Source: the human T2T-CHM13v2.0 reference genome, Homo sapiens. Taken from it: 64,000 nucleotides of DNA. Of the stretch, positions 59,517 through 64,000 are shown piece by piece; position 1 is the stretch's first letter, and every line of letters begins with the position of its first letter. The position numbers were made by a program, and so were the translations under genes. The stretch lies in the NCBI RefSeq assembly GCF_009914755.1, contig NC_060926.1. The stretch is one strand, 5' to 3'. The notes beneath the pieces are model-generated. The model saw nothing but the letters and a program-made list of their open reading frames with translations, searched no databases and was not told where the DNA came from.

Positions 59517-62500
59517 GGTGGTTCTGATCACACCTGCCACTGGGGTTCAGTGGCAGTTTCATGTCATGTCCCAGCCTCACATCATATCCTTGACTCCTCC
59601 CTCTTCTTCTTCATCTCAATTTATCATTTCTCCCCTTTCTGATTAGCCATTTTCCAAAGAAAAACTCTTTCTAGCCATTGCCCTCAACCTTAGCAACCAG
59701 TTTGCATTTGCGTAGTTTAAATTCAGTAGTTCTCAAATGGCTACCCATTAGAACTGCTTGAGGAATGTTTTAAAATACCAAAGAGACAGCCACAACTCAG
59801 AGAATTAAAACTACTTAGTCACGAGTAGGGTGCAGGTGGGGAATTTACTAGTTAACTCATTAAAGGTACAAATAGGAAGAAAATCACCTTTATTTAACAG
59901 GGCCAATAATCTTGTGAAGGAGATTCCAATTATGAAATGCTACACAGCCCCTCTTCCCCTTACAATCCCATTGCTATCCCATTTGCTATTAGTGGTTCAG
60001 TACTAAAGAGATTTTCAGTGACAGAGAGGTTGACTTGGTCTTCTATGGGAGGATATCAGATTTGGGGCTAGTTTTTTCTCCAGTTGAGGGAAGTCTTTAA
60101 CTTGCTTAAAAAAATAAATAAGTAAATAAAAGTTAAATCTCATCAGTTGATTCTGTTATATTATAGGCACCAGATCTCTTAGAAATCACTGCTGTTCAAT
60201 CTATGCATGAATCAAGCCAAAGCACAAGGCAGCTCATCCAGAGATTACTTTGTTTGATTCTCCTCCACTCCCGATAAGCTGGCTACATTCCTGTTTGCAT
60301 GGCAATTGAAAAATGTGGGAGTGATATGACAAAGCTTCCTCCTTCCAAAAATATATAAAAGAAGGTGACTTTTGAAAGGTCATACCTTTGGCATGTGACA
60401 AATATATGTTTCATATGTGTCATATGCCATAGATACGTAATCCTTGATTTTCTTCTTTTAAATTATATAGATATTGTGAGCTCTGAAGTTGGTCATACCT
60501 CCCTCTTTGCACTAGTTATTATAATAAAAATAATACATTTACTTTTAACTTTTAGCAAAATATACAAGTGTAATATGTGCATTTTATCTCTAGTTTTATC
60601 TTTTTTCCTTCTTTTTCTCTTTGTGTTCATTTCTTCACATCTTAATGGTTCATCTTGCATTTTCCTCATTTTTGGACACTACATAGAATAATTTTTGGAA
60701 CAAGATTAGGTGCATCTTTTTCAAATATATCAAATCATATAGACAAGGGACTTCAAAGTCTGGCTCACACACTCTAGAGAATGGCTAGGATACCAAGAAA
60801 ATCTAAGACAATGCAATAAAATGTTAAAATCTTGGCTGCTACATTTTATTTCTCATCTTTAAAAAATTTTTATCTGTGTGTATATTAAATCATATTTAAT
60901 ACAGTAATAAGATATATGATTTATAAGTAAATAGTAATAAACCTGTATTTTAGGTGAAATCTCTTTTTGAGTAGATTGTGCAATGAAAAAGAAAGGCTTA
61001 GTACTACTGATGAAGCTGCAACGTTCTGACCATTTTCACAATATAACACACAAAACAAACGTATTTTTATGGCACAATAATTTCTTGTAGAAGGTTGCTT
61101 GTGACAGGAGGGACAGGCCTGAAATCTCAGACCAATTCATGCTGTGCCTTTCTTCCCTGAGGATCAATGTCTCCACACGTATATCACCCATTTTTGGCAT
61201 ACAACTGAGCCATCTCATGCTGGTTGAAACCTCTGGAGGAGGCTATGAAAGTTCTAGGAATTGAGACGAAAGCAAGGTCAGTGAAGGTCATCAGGGATTA
61301 CTTCATGGAGGAAGTGAAGCTTTTCCTAATACTTGAAGACTGGGTAGCATTTGGATTAGATAAGATGTGCAAGAATAATTTACTGAAACCAAGTTCAGGT
61401 AAAGGACCAATTTACTAAATGTGGTCAATTTCAGAATAGCAGGAGGGGACAACAAAATCATTCCAGCCAGAGTGATGAGCATAAACTATGATGACAGCCA
61501 GTTCAGAATCCATCCAGTGCCTCAGTACAAATAGGAATGAAGTTGAACTTTCTATTCTTTTCAATTTTTGAAAGCATTCCTTCAAACATGTTGCAGATTA
61601 ATAAAGACCCAGATTCTTGATATTCCATATTAAAAGGGATTCAATAATAAAGTGCTAACAAATTACATTTGTTTCTTTCATTTTGACAAAGGCAAATCAA
61701 TACAAATGCTAATGGACAATTTTCTTACAGTAACAAACCACTGAGAATTCCAACCTTGTAAGTAAATAAAATGAAATCTGCAGACTTCAAAGATTTTAGA
61801 TATCTTAATCCCTTTCAGGTACAATGTTATGAAACCTTAGATAATGTACATTCTCTTTTAAATTACTATTTTATCAAATAAAAAATATATGCTTGTCTAG
61901 CTTTTGTGTCCTGAATGGAATTTGCATTAAACATTACTTGTTATTAAAAAAAAATCCATTTTCTGGTTTTGAACTCTTTCCTATCAAGGTAATAAAAAGA
62001 ATCTTTCACATTTTCTTAAGCAATAACTGTTTTTAGTCTTCAAAGCAATTGCACTGTGCTGTTTTGCACATACAATAAGTCAGTTCTTGCAGCCCTATTG
62101 TGGCTAATTTTGACTTTCAGGTAACACGTGAGAACTAAAATGTGCTGTCACCTTCTAGTCTTCTTCAGATTAGAAAAGGACCAATAACAGCTCCAAGGAG
62201 AAATTTTTTTATTTTATTTTGTTTTAGCTTCACAAAGGTAAGCTGCAAAATTGAGACAGCATGTTGCATAAACATATCTTCAGGGGACCAGCAACCCATT
62301 TCAGAAAACAACACCATTCCATTTCACTTTTATTTTTCAGTAAGAAAAAAGCAGAAATCTTGTTCCTCAAATGTTCGGTTTCTAAACTATGCCTCAGTTT
62401 AGTAAATCAGACAAAGAAGTAAGATATACTTTAAAAACAGAGGCCTTCCCAACAAATATGTTTGAATTTTTTTCCATCATCATCCCTGGTGAAAAAAATA

Positions 62501-62519
62501 ACTTACTTAAAAGGTTTAA

Positions 62520-62740
62520 TGAATAGAGAGATGTAGCATAATGACTAAAGCCTTAGATATTGAGTTCTGGTATCTTGAGTTAAAAATCACAGCCCTGCTA
62601 CATAGTGGCTCTGTGATATGGGCAAGTTACTTAACCTTTCTTTTTAGTGTCTGAATAAAATGGAAGTAATAGAACTGTGAAGATTAAATGAATCCATCTG
62701 TGTTAAATACCTAGCATTTAATAAGCATAATAAATATCAA
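62520..62740 (+). mobile_element. MIR
   Basis: gggcaagttacttaacc...aaatggaagtaata...gtgaagattaaatga. Confidence 0.7.
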
Positions 62741-64000
62741 CTATCATAAACTTTAAAATATAAAGTATATAACAAAATAAGATATGTAGATACTAATAAA
62801 TTTAGTCATTTCATACACCTTTGAAGTTTTAATTTGGTTTAACATAATATTGTCTTTATGCATTTAAAACTGAAGAGAAAATACATTGGTATTTTCTTTG
62901 CAAAATAAAAAATAAAAAGAGAAGAATCTAATTTTAATTTACCTCATCCAAAGAAATAAATTCAGAAATAGAAAATTCTGTAAAAATATTCAGACACTGC
63001 TATATGTTTCAAGATCATCGCCTGTGATTTTTTAAACTGAAAGTTAACATTGATTTGGATGCACAGAGGCAACCCATATTTTTAGAAAGGTAAAGTTAAG
63101 TTTACTGTTAACAGTTACTACCATCACAGATAATTTGCTCTAAAAATTACTAGAAATTGCCTATGCTTACTGTGTAAGGGCTAGCCAAATTCACAGGTGA
63201 CACATAGATATATGAGTCTTATAATATGATTATTTCCCAACATGACTTTACTGTTATTGAATCACAGCTATTATAATAAACTACAATACATAAATGTGCT
63301 ATGCTTGGACTTTCAGGAAAAAAAATACACAATGATTCTTTTTATGAACAAATTCCCGCTTTAAAAAATTGTTTTAATGTGAATCAATACTTTCTATTGA
63401 AGGCCATGTGTATTAAAGGAGACACAGAAGTGACCAAGAAGCCTCCTTCAATCTTCCCAAAGACTCAATCACCCTCTTGTAAGTATTTGGTAGCAATTCA
63501 CGTTACTTATCATTTTGTAGTAGGTTGCAGTTGCTTCTCAACCTATATTGGGGGTACATTGATAGAAAGCTTCATATTCTCTTCATAGTTAGCTACTTAG
63601 AAGATAGTACAACATTTCAGATATACATACACAGAAGCTAGATGAATGAATGATCATGCATAACTGCATTATTACAATAAAAAAGTTCAGATTCAACATG
63701 TCACTAAATGAACCTATCAGAGCTGCCCTCAATCTTCTCATTTACTTGTGCTTGCTCTCAACTGATGGAAGGAACATACTACCCTTCATGCAAACTAAAG
63801 ATCTGAGAGGTATCCTTGATTCCTTCTTCGTCCGTATTCACCTAACAACCACATCCAATCAATCAGCAAGTCCTATGTGTTTTAACTCTTTTATTTATTT
63901 ATATTTCAAATCTACATATACCACTACAGTTTCATTCAGGTTCTCACCATCTCTATTCTGAATGTTTGCAAAAGCCTCCTAAATGGTCGCCTTCCTTTAA

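Overview
Primate (very likely human) AT-rich genomic DNA lying entirely inside the giant LDL-receptor-family gene LRP1B, which is transcribed on the minus strand. Six coding exons (50478-50612, 49769-49898, 36245-36371, 35959-36110, 35539-35663, 34049-34420; probably exons ~36-41, numbering from memory) splice with canonical GT-AG into one open 1041-nt frame. That frame encodes YWTD beta-propeller repeats, an EGF repeat and the start of the next propeller. The rest is intron filled with Alu, L1, L2, MIR, LTR and DNA-transposon relics. The most notable structure is a full-length processed pseudogene of COPRS (COPR5) at ~16919-17749. It retrotransposed into the centre of a MADE1 (Hsmar1 mariner MITE), so it is now bracketed by inverted mariner arms. 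Smaller oddities include an 85-bp dispersed duplication inside a MaLR provirus, a perfect 24-bp palindrome inside an Alu, and a strong cryptic acceptor that would create an immediate stop. No prokaryotic-type system, RNA gene or CRISPR array is present. Repeat subfamily names come from recalled consensus sequences and need RepeatMasker/Dfam confirmation.
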